A stretch of 64,000 nucleotides of DNA from Lepidodermella squamata. Taxonomy: Eukaryota; Animalia; Gastrotricha. Position 1 is the first letter of the stretch; every line of letters starts with the position of its first letter. Made by a program: the position numbers and the translations under genes. Under the pieces are notes generated by a model that was not told where the DNA came from, did no database searches, and saw only the letters and a list, made by a program, of their open reading frames with translations. The DNA is taken from NCBI GenBank assembly GCA_047495785.1, contig JBLDXI010000058.1:1-64000 (forward strand), written 5' to 3'. This document shows, in pieces, positions 26,764 through 39,811 of the stretch.

Positions 26764-27035
26764 TGTTGTTCTTATAACGCGCTCGGCTCATTAAATCAGT
26801 AACCTTTCAGCTCTGTATCTCTTAGTAAATTGGTTTCGCGTTGACCATATACGCGCTGCCGCTCATTAAATCAGTCTGTTCAATATATAATAATATAAGT
26901 TCTTCTCTGGCCTTCTGCCGCACTATAACAAACATACTTTAAGAGCATTATTGCTAACTACTGGTGGTATTCAAAGCTAAAGAGTTATCCTTTCGATCTT
27001 TTTAAAGCTAGTTTCATCTAGCTTAAAAATCAACA
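26764..27035. mobile_element. Candidate solo LTR (TGTTG...CAACA, 272 bp)
   Basis: Terminal inverted pentamers and an internal TATATAA; begins where the LINE fragment ends; no matching TSD found. Confidence 0.3.
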
Positions 27036-27173
27036 TACTGAGGTTTTTGACCATATTTTTCACGGTCATCTCAAACACGTGGCATTTGTTTATAAATAGA
27101 AAAGACGTATATATCTTGTACTTCTAAGTCCAAGCTTTTCTCTGCTATCTGCGCCGGTTCTCAATAAACGCCG

Positions 27174-28400
27174 GTGTTTGCGCCCAATCATCTCCATTGG
27201 GAAAGGCAACAGGAAAGGCACTTTCTTATTTCTACCTTGTCTACTTGGATGGCTCAACCTCGGCCTATGGGCCGGAACCGTCCGGGCGGATCTTTTAACG
27301 GTAATGAAAGCTCTTTCCGAAGCCAGTATACCGTCCAGCAAATGGGTGCTGGGGTCGCAGAAGGCTTCGACGTGAGGGTAAACGAACTGAAATCGCAAAT
27401 TCACAATTTGCAACGGAATTTCGAGATTCAGTTCAACTCGCTTCTCGCCGCTTTAACAACGATCGACCATCAAGATCTGTCGCTCCAACGAAAGCAACAA
27501 ACTAAGAGCGAACAGGGGCAACAGCGAGCCTCTCAGGTAGAAACCTCTAATCGCTTTCACTTGCTTGATTCGGAGGACATCAACGATTCCGATTTCGAAA
27601 ATTCTCACACCAAAAATCAAAAAAACCAAAAAAAAACCAAAATCAAAAAATTCAAAAAATTCTACTGACCAACAGCGAGAAAATTCTCGTGGTCAACAAA
27701 ATCAACGACCAAATTTTGACTCGTAAGATGGAAATTATGATCCAGAATCCTGTAAAAAATGATGAACTTCAATTTTCCCGATATAGCGACAGCCTGGGTT
27801 GCTGACTTCCTGAGCGACCGTGAATACACATGCAGAATCGGCTCGGTCAGAAAGATCACTGGTGGGGTGCCACAAGGAACATTGCGCATTGCCCTCAGGC
27901 TACCTTCAGGCCACACCACGGAAGACACGTACGAGTAACGGCCAAAGCTCCCAGTAGCTACCCTCAACTTCGCCTCAACTTGGACGCAATGAAAATTGAA
28001 CTATTGTAATATGTCGCCGCCAAATATTAATACAATTTATTGCCGCTTATTATTGCCGCTAATAACACCGTTAAATGATGTCGTTTATTGTTACCGGCGG
28101 GCCACGGGCCGCGTGCTATCGGATAAATATAGTTTGGGAAGAACAAGGAATAAACAGAATAAAGATTTCGGTTTTAAAACAAACTTGGTTTTTGTGAGTA
28201 ATTTACAACTATTCAAGGAAGAGATGTGCGAGAACTTCGACACTACCGATCTGACCTCCATAGAGAAAATATATGCAGCCATCGAAAACCTCGAGTCAAT
28301 AGTAAATAAAGCGACGACTAAGCTTGAAGGAGTAGCAGCTATTAAAATCGTATCGGTATACTGCCCGCCAACAACTCTAACCTCAAACTTCTGTCACAAG
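27174..28400 (+). mobile_element. Scrambled LINE fragments (ORF1-like coiled coil with SNRF..L motif, RT piece at 27750-27878, endonuclease-region pieces)
   Basis: ORF 27174-27668 (VNELKSQIHNLQ..ETSNRFHLLDSED); NFNFPDIATAWVADFLSDREYTCRI..GGVPQG; IKIVSVYCPP. Confidence 0.65.
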
Positions 28401-29728
28401 GTGAGCATAAACTACATGTAAGGGAAGGAAGGAACGCCTCGACCTGATCATAGCCGAAGAAAAGGTAGCTAAATATGCGGTGTCGGTTGAGGTGAGTCGG
28501 TAAACAATGTTCACGATTCAACAATTATTCATATTATGGTTTGCGTTAACAGTTTTATCCGTGAACACCATTCCTCCCAAAGAAAAAACGGAGTCTTCAT
28601 TCAATTGGTGGTAGCCTCGTTGAAAAAATTCACAAATTGAATGGCCTTAAAATGTCTCAAATGATTGTTCTGACAATACTACTAAAGCCGTCTATGAAAG
28701 GCTCACCTTTAATGCTGATTTCACGCTGTGATGCGCAAGCTCGATTTCCATTCAGATCACCCTGTACGTTTACGACTGCTTGTATTTCCGATTCGGAGAT
28801 ATCATCTTAGTGAACGTGGTTATCAATGGATGGTGTTCATGGTTTCGAGATGTTTCTGCGAACTTCAGTCGCTACAATCGACACCTGCAAAGTGCAGAAA
28901 AAAATACTTTAATGTTGATATATATATATATATATATATGTCGTATCGCAATGAGCAATTCTTCCAATTGCCGATAGAGATATCTCTTACCCCGATCTGC
29001 CCAAGATAGCTGCATAGCCTAAAGAGATATCTCATTGAGCAATAATTTTACTACGACACGTGCCGTTTATGAGACACGCGTTTAGGTTTTTAATTTTTTA
29101 ATACAATAAAAATTTAGAAAACATTAATCAAAGTAGCTGAAATCAGAGACCCATATTATAAAGCCTAAAGCTTTATTGCCCAAAGATTTAGCGGAGAATG
29201 TTCATCAAAGCCACTACAGTGGAAAGGTTGATGGTGTTACAGCCGATCGCAAGCACAATAATGTAATCAGACGTGCGTACTCATCATCCAGCCTTTCGCC
29301 CTGCCAAATTACTGTCCTTAACCATAAATTTTTGAATTTTCGACGTCCGTTGCGTGTTAAAAGTGTGTTGCGAAAAAAGAAAATCAGGCCTTAACCGTCT
29401 AAGTGGGCACCCTCATACATTTCTTACCGAAAAATAAAGAGCTGAAGTACTACTTGTTTTATAGAAAAATAAAGCAAAAATCTTAATCACGCTCACATGG
29501 TTCCGAATCCAGCGTAAAAAAATAAATTGCAGATAGGCTGAAATATCAATCAAACAATAAAACCTGACCGTATCATCCGAGTCGTCCTTGGCACACTCAA
29601 CCTGGCGCCTAGCGGACTTATTAGGGTCGTCGCTGAATGCTCTGAAAGCAGATCATCCAGGACCGGGCATCCAAGGAGGCATCCAATGTAACCTAGACTG
29701 GTCAACGATCTCGAAACCGAATCCAGAG

Positions 29729-29918
29729 CCACGCCGAGTGGGCTTTCTTAAGGCCCCGCCCAAGCATCACGAAACGGAGTGCGAGGGTACGGCAGCAGAT
29801 CGATCCAGTTCGATAAATTTAAAATTTTGTCAAACCCACGCCGAATGGGCTTGCCTAAGGCCCCCGCCCCAGCATCACGAAACGGAGTGCTGGGGTACGG
29901 GCTTGAGCAGATCTGACC
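29729..29918. repeat. Tandem pair of ~80-bp GC-rich structured modules (period ~107 bp) downstream of the LINE
   Basis: CCACGCCGARTGGGCTT..AAGGCCCC..AGCATCACGAAACGGAGTGC..GGGTACGG..AGCAGATC occurs twice. Confidence 0.85.
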
Positions 29919-30144
29919 GGAAAGAGAAAAATAGTGGCTTAGTAAAACCACCCGAGCAGAGGACCAGCCGGGCTTGTGAGAAGCCCGAGTCGAGGGCCAG
30001 TCATGCTCAGGTGTTCGCTGGTTGAACAGGCTAGTGTTGTTTATTTAAAAATTAAAGTCTAGTGTTATTTACGGACGTCGACCATCTAGTACTAGCCGCA
30101 TAGCTGACAGAGGCGGTCGCTTCGAGTTTCGATAAACTCGTTCA

Positions 30145-31560
30145 TCAACTGGTTTGCGCATTAGGATAGCACTTTCTTGTCCTACCAGGTTGTTGTATTG
30201 CAACGAACGGTTCAACCAGTTTGTTGCAAGCCTGGTTGCATGATCTCGGATCGACTCGATGCCCTGCCCTTTTACGAAGGTCCTCGGTGTTGTGCCAAGG
30301 CGGAAGTCGCAGGACAATTCTTAGCGCCTGGTTTTGAACGACCTCGAGTTTGTGCCAGAGCGAGCTGTCGATGCCGACCCAAGCAGGATAGCCGAATATC
30401 AACACACTTCTTATGTATGCCTTGTATACTGTAACAGCCGCTTCTTTCTTAAGGCCGAAACTTCTGCGACAGACGGCGTGAAGTGCTACGATTCGCTGTG
30501 CCGCCTTTGCGATAGCCAAGTCGATTTGCTTTTTGAATAGCAGCTTCGAGTCAATTGTCACGCCCAAGTATTTCACCTCGTTGTGCCACTTCAACAAGGT
30601 GTTATCCAACTTAATGGCTGACTCGGGCGGTTTTGACTTATTCGAAATTCGAATCGCTTGGCTCTTCCCAGCGTTTGCTTTCAGGCGCCATTTTTTGAAG
30701 TATGTCGAGACTTTCGACATACCGTTGTTAAGATTGGCGCGGGCAACCTCGCCTTTTTTATTTTTCGAGATTAAAGCCACGTCGTCGGCGAAAAGGCAGT
30801 TGGCTACTGATTTCGGTAGATCCCGCGAGAGGTCGGCCGTGTACAGGACGTACAGTATCGGGCTCAGCGGTGAACCTTGCGGAACACCGCCGGTGATTTG
30901 CCGTACGCTGCTGTGGTCGTTGCCTACCCGACAGCTGAATTCGCGATCCGTGAGAAAATCCGCAATCCACGCCGTTGCGATGTCAGGGAAGCCGAAATTG
31001 AGTAGTTTGTAAATTACTGCTCGTTGCCAGATGCGGTCGAAGGCACCTTCGATATCGAGGCGCGAAACGTAGGTTTCCTCATGGTTCAACAAACCGGTGA
31101 CAGCAAGTTGAACGATGCGGTATGGATGGTCTTCGACCGAATGACGGTTCTGAAAGGCTGACTGGGTTAGCGGCATGATTTTTCGCTCACGCATTTCCTC
31201 AAGCACCCGCCTTGCGACTAGGCGCTCAAGTATTTTTCCGATGCAGTTGAGGAGGCTGATCGGGCGGTAGCCCTTTGGCGTTCGCCAGTCCTTCCCTTCT
31301 TTCGGTATTAGTACGACGATGGCCTTCTTCCACCTGGCAGGCATATAGCGTACCGCAGGCAGGCGTTGAAGATATCAGTTGCTTTATCCCAGAAGGCATC
31401 AGGTGCTCTTTTCAGAACCGCATTAAGAATGCCGTCTTCGCCTGGCGCCGTGCTTTTCAGCTTCTTAACGATTGCTGTGACCTCGCCAGGTTTCACGTTC
31501 CAGCGGCCGGACCTATCACGCCTTGGGGTAACGGGACGTCCGATTTCGTCGATGACAATT
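30145..31560 (-). mobile_element. 5'-truncated Jockey-like non-LTR retrotransposon, RT region (399-aa ORF plus a frameshifted upstream part)
   Basis: APGEDGI, WKKAIVVLIPKEGK, YRPISLL, DIEGAFD, GVPQGSPLSP, LFADD, KYLGVTID motifs. Confidence 0.95.
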
Positions 31561-32399
31561 TATTAATTTGCTTCAAGGAGGCCCCCTTTAAGCAATTGCT
31601 AATAGAGATATTTCTATCGTCAATTGGAGGAAATTGCTCATTGCGATACGATGTTGTACGCCTAATTGGATTTAAGCCTTCGGAGTATGAGCATTATATT
31701 TCACCGAAATAATGGCCGAACCGTGAGGGTCACTGTGGATCATCATATATCAATCGTTGCTGTAATCAAGAGCTATCGATTGGTGCCCGATCGAATTCCG
31801 CGCATCATTTTGACATTATGCACGACTGAATTGTGACGACTGAACACTAGCCAAGAAACGAAGTCCGACTAATCAGAAGTGTCGACGATGCCAATATCAA
31901 GTGCTACGAATAAAAATTCGCTATCCGCCAAAACAATGCTAATTAATCAAATCCTGGTAGAATCACAGATTTAAGATTCCAGCTACAACTTTCAATATAG
32001 CATTTCAATTTCCTTTAGTGTTTACTGTTAGTTTCTCAGAAGCGAGCTGAGAACAGCACAGATTTTCCGAGTTAACTGGACCTATTATACATTACATGTG
32101 ACGTAGTTATATTGTCGACAATTGACTATGTACTCAAATTATGACACGTATGTATCTATAAACAATCAAGTTAAATGATAATTCGGTGACTACCTGGAAA
32201 CAAGGCACTGCTCTCTGCCGTCACCAGTTTCAAGCTCGCGCTTCGGGTGCAATGAAAATCGCATATCCTGTCATCGGCAGGACGATGTGGTCATGGAGAT
32301 CGCTTGCTTATTTGTTTGATGACTTCTTGTTCTCAAAGTCACTGTGGATAAACCGATAGCCAGAGATTCCGTTAACCAGTTTCTGATTTCGAGTTTGAA

Positions 32400-33630
32400 C
32401 TTGCGATGGCGGTTCCAATTATAAATGGCGAAATATTTTGTTGAAGGTGATCGCTGCGGGGTGGCTGATGCGACAATCAAAGGCGCAGATATTCTTCAGC
32501 ATTCATTTTTCTGACAAGGAAACCTCTCAACTCAAATATTCCTATAACAAAAATCAGAAAATATTAAGAAAAGACACTTCAGAAAATCAAACAAGAATAA
32601 ATTTGAGGAAGACGCTTTAGGGAGATGTCTTTCAAGCTTAAAGTATGCCGAGAAATTACTTGGTACGTATCTCAAAATGCAATTGCAAAATGCGCATCCA
32701 AATTCGAATTTCCAGAAGCGAAATTGGCGCACAAACGCTATCACCAAACCAGTCGCAGTGTTATTCGACGCCAGTTTGAAGTATTTACGAGCCAATGATT
32801 CACTCCGAGCGCAGGAGACTTGGAGTGGACAGTGTAACAAATCATATCAATACTTACATAAGAGAGCGCAAGAGTCGGGTTCTAGCTTCAATTTTCAGTC
32901 TCAATCAAGATGACCGCAATAGGAGACTCATAATTGTCACCATACGCCGCTCATCGCTGCTCACAAATGTGACTTCGCTTTGACCGGAAGATAAAACCCT
33001 TTGAATTTGGGGACCCATGACGTAAACCTAATAGTGTTGCTGAACATCAACATTAGTGTTCAGGAAACAGGCCGTTCCTTAGTGGTCAGAGAAGACGACA
33101 TGAGTCGTCGATTTGAGCGAATTCATTAGCTTTAAGAATTCTGACTAGATCAGCAGCGATCGAAGGGTTAGCAGTATTAATGTTCGAATCGCCATTGATG
33201 ATGACGTGGGCCATCTTCTCACATTATGCTACCAACAGGAAATAGAATTCTCGTCCAACTTTATTTGATTTTTTTGCATGCAGAAAATCGATCAGTTCAA
33301 ATCTTGGCGCGCGCGGGGAAATTGATACCCTTAAGTAGTAACGAATAGATGGTCTGTAAATAGAGGATACGCTGAACCCCCGAATTTATTCGGATGTCGA
33401 TCCAAATGTTCTAGATAGGTTGCTGGTTGCGAGAAGTAGAAGAAGGTCCAGGCAGTGCGGAAACCTCGGAGATGGGAGCAAGGTCGTGCACGGCGTTGAT
33501 TCATTGGCCAGATCTGTGTGGTTCAGCGAGTTCGGTGATGCCTAACATTACGATTTTTACAGAGATCGGATAAGAATTTATCTAGTGAACGGAGTACCAG
33601 CGACGTTTAGAAAGGGTCAATATCATGAAT
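32400..33630 (-). mobile_element. Decayed LINE apurinic-endonuclease region (CR1/L2-like)
   Basis: Minus-strand remnants of the GITE, VIINGDSNI (GDFN-like) and VFSDH motifs in the expected order, with stops and frameshifts. Confidence 0.6.
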
Positions 33631-33715
33631 GGCCCTGAGATACTAAGGCAGAGAATTGCATTGTAATATTGTAACTACTCGACAGCGAATGAAAGCTTTT
33701 CTGGTATCAAAGGTA

Positions 33716-34147
33716 CCGTATTTTACGAATTATTAGGGATGACCGAAATATAGGGCAGAGCCGGAACAACGGGCAGAGGGTAATGGTCATCTGAAATAAA
33801 GAGCAGAAGCGCATTAATAGGCAGAGCCTTGTATGACGTGGCATGAGCACCTGCTGGGCAAGTCGTACAAGCTGGATAAGTAGCGATTTTTCGTCAGTAA
33901 GAGTCAGTAAGTAAGTTTCGTCATTTATACACCTTAATCCACTTCACGAATTTAGTCACAGGTGGAAGACAGTAACTATAGCGGTTATTCGGCGGTTTTA
34001 ACTGTTGATCTAGGAATTCTTCAGACTGGCTGATTAGGTTCGAAAAAATGAAGGGCAGAACCGAAATAAAGGGCAGACCCTAAATACAAGGCAGGACTTG
34101 AACCCCCAAAAAATACAGGGTAGTGTCTTATAATTCGTGAAATACGG
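33716..34147. mobile_element. Tc1-mariner/pogo (Tc2-like) MITE, 432 bp
   Basis: TA|CCGTATTTTACGAATTAT ... ATAATTCGTGAAATACGG|TA, with internal GAAATAAAGGGCAGA-like repeats. Confidence 0.88.
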
Positions 34148-34982
34148 TAGTTTTCGATGCTATTGACCTGCTTTCAGATTCACCTGTCGAAGTAGAAGAA
34201 AATGCGAGAAAGTCACCGGCACGTAAATCCGGAAGTACTGTAAACATGCATAGGATTTCGAAAGCAACAATACAGCTGCAATCCAAATGGAGGTAACAAG
34301 CGGTAGCCAACAATACTGTTGAAGTGGTCATTTTCGCGGTCGGTCAATTATTCAACGATAATTAATTGCAAACGTCGGATCTTCTAGTACTGGGTTAAGT
34401 GCATGCTGATGATTGTTGTTTATTAAAACATTTCCAGTTTTTTCTTGCCCCAATACGGACTAATTAATCATTACTGTAATCTCAAATTTCTCAAATTTCA
34501 ATTACCAAACTCTTCTGGGTCCTCACGAATAAGCGAATTTATTTCGAAGGCCAATATAGCGCCAGTTTCAGGCTCGAAAAATCCGAATTAACGGCTCGAA
34601 ATCGGAAGAGTCGAAATCTTAGGAGCTAAAGCCTGTTTCAGCATCATCGTCACTACATGATGACATAATGTTGCGTGAAAAATAGTTGACTTGATCTGCC
34701 AACTATGGCTCGTTACGCTTATTTGCTAGGAACGTAGGGCATTTTCGATTAGTTATTATTCATGGCTTCACCAAACGTATTCCAAGGTAACAAGTAACGT
34801 GGAACGTGGCGCGCGGAAATAAAAGATTTTCAAATAGGCGTATTTTCCGACTAATTCATCGTTCGTAGGCATCGGAGGCTCACTTGAAAACTGGCGAACA
34901 TAACATGTATAGCAAAGCGTGTATAACTCCGTATATTTGCTGTCTGTAGCGAGAAATTTTTTCTGCCTAAAATTAGGCAGAA

Positions 34983-35357
34983 TTTTCCGCTATAGCTTTT
35001 TCTGCCTAAAATTTCGCTATGTAGCGGAAAGCCCCAGAGAGGATGCCAATGATCATTTTAATTGTATTAATCCATTTTTTTTGTCAAAACACGAATTAGA
35101 ATTAAAAATGAATCACAGATAGAAAGACAATGGCTAAAGATGCTGCGCCAAGACAGGCGAAGTACTTACGTGTCTTACGTCTTACGTGTGACCACCTTAT
35201 TATGCGCGCCCATGAGGAATTATTCACGGATTGAGCCATTTAGGTTAGTTATTATTGCAAGATGGACTAGAAAATTCAATTTGAAGGCATTTTATGGGGT
35301 TTTTCGCGATTCAAGCGCCTACTTACCATTTTAGGCAGAAAAAGCTATAGCGGAAAA
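34983..35357. repeat. 30-bp perfect inverted repeat pair (MITE-like remnant)
   Basis: TTTTCCGCTATAGCTTTTTCTGCCTAAAAT at 34983-35012 and its reverse complement at 35328-35357. Confidence 0.8.
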
Positions 35358-35789
35358 AGGCAGAAAAAGGCTAACCGTCTGTAGGGGCATGTCAACGAAA
35401 TTTACAAATGATTGCGCGCAGTGTTGGCAACTTGCTGATAGCTGATGAAGCTGCTCGGGTAGCGGGAGAGATCGGCTACAGGTTCACCGATTGAAGGGAG
35501 AATCTATGTTCGATAAGTCGAGACCACGCTTCTTGGCGCTCTTTGGCGCCCTTATTTTGAATTTTAATACGGTCAAAGACAACCCTCTAAATAATTTGTT
35601 AGTATCAATGAATATAAAAATATTTGTTTTATTTTAACTACATATTCATTTATGTAATAACGTGATTTTATTCGCCGCAGCAGATTCACCTTACGCACTT
35701 CATTTTTTCAGAGGCGTGCACAGCATTCGCTTGCAGCGTGAAAAAATATGAGCAGGTTCCTGGTTTCGTGCAAAGAATAAGTAGAGGTA

Positions 35790-36310
35790 GTAGATCTAGG
35801 TTTGCCCCATCCTGCAACGGCCCCTCTCCACTCATTCCTGCTTGCCGCAGGCTGTTTGGCCTCGATCATGTTGCGCTCTGCGAGGTCCCGCTCGATGGTG
35901 GTTCGCCACGAAAGCTTTGGGCGTCCGACTTTCCAATGGCGGACCCCAGAACAAATCTTGATTAAGAACACATCTTGATTATGGTGCCGACTCGTAATTG
36001 CTTATCACGCCAGACTTTCCCCAACATCGCGAAAGCTGCTCTCGCCTTCTTCAGTCTTGCGGTCACTTCTTTGCTGACACCGTCTGTGCTGATAACGCTA
36101 CCCAGGTAGGTAAAGTCGTCTACCTTTTCCAGCTCCTCTTGGCCGAGTCGTATAGTGACTTTACGTTTCAAAGTAAAATTCTGTGTCTTCTTCGCATTTA
36201 TCACCAGTCCGACTTGACTCGCAGCCATTCGTAGCCGATCTGTCTTTTTTGCAGTAGCGCATAAGGCTAAGAGCGCTAAGTCGTCCGCAAAATCTAAGCC
36301 CCTGAGACCT
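35790..36310 (-). mobile_element. RTE-clade LINE RT C-terminal fragment
   Basis: LDFADDLALL..GLVINAKKT..VDDFTYLGS..RLKKARAAF, then GRPKLSW..RNEWR. Confidence 0.88.
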
Positions 36311-36940
36311 TCAGCGGTCGCCTGTCGCACGACGTGCTAGCACGAATGCACTTGTTCTGGAGGACGTGAAGACAGAGCAACTGTTGCTTTGCGGCGGGCA
36401 AAAAACGACGCAGCCGAAAAAGGCGATCGAGCGGACGAGACGACGAGGCGATCCCAGGGCGCCGAACGATGGTGTGGTAACAGGAAAGACTTTGCCCGCA
36501 GCGGCACAGGGCGCGGTCCATGTTGGGCTTCTCCGATAGCTTCGCGTCTAAGTGAATGCCTAAGACGCGCAAAACTTCGACCTGAGGGATAGCGGAGCTG
36601 TTAAGCGCCAAATGCGGGGCTGGTGGTTGCTGCCCGAAAGCGAGCGCTTCACTTTTAGAGGCGCTGAACTGCTGTCGCCAGAGCCTGGCCCACGAAGACA
36701 CACGGTCGATTTCCTCCTGCACCCGCGACTCAGCCTCCGAAAAGGAATCACGGGTACCGAGGACGGTCAAATCGTCAGCGCGATAAGCATCAAGGACGCT
36801 ACCAAGAGCGCCGGGGCGTCGAGAAGAATGATGTAGAGCAAATGGGACAGCGGCGAGCCCTGCGGCACTCCGCAATTAACCACAAAGGAGCGACTAAGGA
36901 AACTGGCTACGCGTGCCTGCATGTGAGGTGCCACACTGCA
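36311..36940 (-). mobile_element. Second LINE RT fragment (I/Jockey group)
   Basis: GVPQGSPLS, ADDLTV, QEEIDRVSSWARLW..FSASKS, LRVLGIHLD. Confidence 0.82.
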
Positions 36941-36949
36941 TAATGAGAC

Positions 36950-38330
36950 TGAGGCATTTCGCGGCCGTACACCCATCATGTAGGGTGTTTTGTCCGTCGC
37001 CTCGTGCGGCGTCGACCTGTAGGCGCTGAGCGCCCGGGAGATGTTGTCATCCCAGTCCTTGCGCCACTTGACCGCCATTGTCGCCAAAATGTCACCGATT
37101 GTGCGGTTGAAGCGCTCGCACACGCCGTTCGCCCAAAGCGTGTATGCTGACGTACGTGCTTTTTTGATCGCGTACGCGTCACACAGTTTGTCGATCAGGT
37201 CCGATTCGAACTCGGCCCCTCGAGCCGACAACAACCAACAACCTCTCGCACACAGCATGATCGGCGAAGAACTTCTTCAAGCAGCTGGCAACCGTTGCCG
37301 CTGTTCGATTACGTGTGGGATAGGTTTGCGCCCACTTCGTGTAGTGATCAACCACCGTGATGTCCACCTGTTGCCACGCCGTGTTCGGGGTTTGGGGTAG
37401 CGGTCCAACGAGCGGGCCTTTCGTCGCTACCGTACTCGCCTTCCTGAGTTGGCATGTCGCGCAACCTTGGCAGTGCGTTTTGACGTCAGACAACATTACT
37501 GGCCACCAAAACCGATCACGAATCCGTCTGATAGCCTTGCGGTATCCGAGGTGTCCACCGTTGGGTGAGCCGTGCGAATGGTACACAATCAGAGGGCGCA
37601 ATCTCTTTGGTACACTAATGGCCAACTCACCCGTTGCCAACTTTTTGCACCAGATACATTCCCTTGGAGCATCTTCAACCAAGTCGCTGTCCTCTCGGGC
37701 CACCAGAAGCGTGCGCCATTCGCCGCTTTCTACCTTTTGACCACTCGTCTTCGCCCGTATCACGGGTCCGATTTCGTCGTCAACTGCTCACTCTGACAGC
37801 TCAGCAGTTCTTTCATGTCGGTTTGGAAGCATTCCTTGGAAATCATGTTGCAACAACCGTTGCTTTCTTCTTCAAGCTTTTCCGGGAAACATCTGGTAAG
37901 GGCATCGGCATATTGCTTCGTGCCAGGTACGTAGAGTGCGTCGAATTTGAACTACTGAAGTTCGTGTATCCACCCCCAAAGTTTCGGGGGAGGATCCTTG
38001 ATCGACATCAGCCAGTTGAGCGGCTGATGATCTAATCGCAGTTCGAAGCGATCATGAAAATAGACCTTGAATCTCTTCGTGACCGGCCAATAGTTAGCCA
38101 ATGCTTCACGATGAATCTTCGAATACCGGCGTTCGGCTTTGCCGAGAGACCGACTCGACGATGAGATCAACCTTAGCTTTCCCTCCTGCTCCTGACACAA
38201 TAGAGCGACGATGCCAATATTTCAAGCGTCCCTGTAAACGACAAACGGTTTGTTGAGATCTGGAACGCCCAGAACTGGAGCTTTCAGAAACGAATTATTG
38301 AACGCATTCACCCTTTCTCCTGTCCATGCA
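36950..38330 (-). mobile_element. Ty3/Gypsy pol fragment (RNase H + integrase)
   Basis: SRSLGKAERRYSKIHREALA..DHQPL (RNase H); H..GHLG..FWWP..CATCQ (zinc finger); VDHYTKW, GAEFES, NGVCERFNRT (integrase core). Confidence 0.92.
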
Positions 38331-39089
38331 CCTTATCTGTTTTTTAGCTGAGAAAGTTTTCGGGTGCGCACGGTTGGTTATAGCACAGGCCGTAGGACAT
38401 GTATCGAATATTTAAAAAAGCATGTGTCTATGACAGCAGGGAAGCATTCTTTCGGTATTGTATTTTGTATTCCATTTTCTGACGATACCAAGCATTTTCG
38501 ATTTCCTGCTTACTCGCCTCCAGTTGCCGTTGGAGGTCAGCGATCATCCCTTCGAGACGCTGACTCGCTGGCCGCCGTGGCAGCTACTTGCTGTAGGTCG
38601 CCGGACATTGCGAGCAGCCTTTCTTCGGTGACACCACCGCCAATTTTCATCACCACAAACCATGGCTCACTTTCAATCATAGCTTCCACCTTACACAATC
38701 GTTTGTCGAGCAGGTCGCATCTTTCACAGCCATTGTCCTTGTTCGCCGTGAATCCAGTGTATGGCTTAGCGAGTTCGTTGAGATGTCCGTCGTTAAAATC
38801 GATTCTTATCACACCTGCCGCCATCGCCGCTCCGGTGTCTAATCAATTTCAATAACAGCTCTATCAAAAAAGGCAGGAAACCAAACACGTCTCCCACCTA
38901 CTCAGGAAAATTCAATATTCAATCGCAGATATTCTTCCTGTCGCCTTTCGGTTGCTTTGCCAGGCTGATTTCATGGTTGTGTAGTTCGGATGATGATCGG
39001 GATGATGATCGACCCTGCTACGCCTTTTGAAAATGTGACTGAACTTTGAGCGAATTTGGGCGGTACCCCGGCCAGCTACGACGATCTTA

Positions 39090-39470
39090 TATTAATAAGT
39101 CATAACTCCTACGTATCGGCGGTGTCCGAGCGGTTTCAGTTTCCCGCCGGTGATGCTGCAGAATCTTTTCTGAACTCCGTCCAGTTTCTCTAGGACGGCC
39201 GACGACGCTGCAAACGTGTAAGCAACCGTGCCAAATTCAAGGAAGGGTAGCACGTAAGACTTGTAGGCGCTTTCCATATGGCTTGGTGACAAGTAAGATC
39301 TGAGTCTCAACAGTTGTGTGACGGCTGTTGTCGCCGGTCCAATCTTCTTGACGATGCACGTTTCCATCGATAGGCCAGAATCCGGGACAAGCCCGAGTAG
39401 GGTCGTTGTTTCGACCTTTGTCAGGTCGCCTGGTTCAGCGACAGTTGTGTTTTGTTCCTTCTTCCTTTAG
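39090..39470 (-). mobile_element. LINE RT C-terminal fragment (CR1/L2-like)
   Basis: YKSYVLPFLEFG..LEKLDGVQKRF..PLGHRR. Confidence 0.7.
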
Positions 39471-39811
39471 ATTCCCAAGATGAAAGTCTACTTTCGCAAA
39501 ACTTTTCCTTTTGATTTGCGCGAGCCTTTTCCCTCTTTTTCCACAACTTTTTTCCCTAAAACAATTCTTGGTAGTAAAATAACATACTGGCAACGAGACA
39601 AATCTCGTTTCCTCTTGTAATTAACGTTTGGCTCGCTGTTATTCATTAATTTTTCTTCTTTTAATTTTAACCCCCTATCTTCTAAATTAACAGGCTAGGG
39701 TCTAACCCAGCCTGTCTCCCATCTGACGATGTCGGAAGAGTAAGGCGATTCATCCGACTCGGACGCTTTATTGTTCCAAGATGAGGGCGAAATGATCAAA
39801 ATAATTGATGC

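Noticed and set aside
28918-28939. (TA)n microsatellite and nearby short inverted repeat
   Set aside because: Ordinary simple repeat; no TSD or family evidence.
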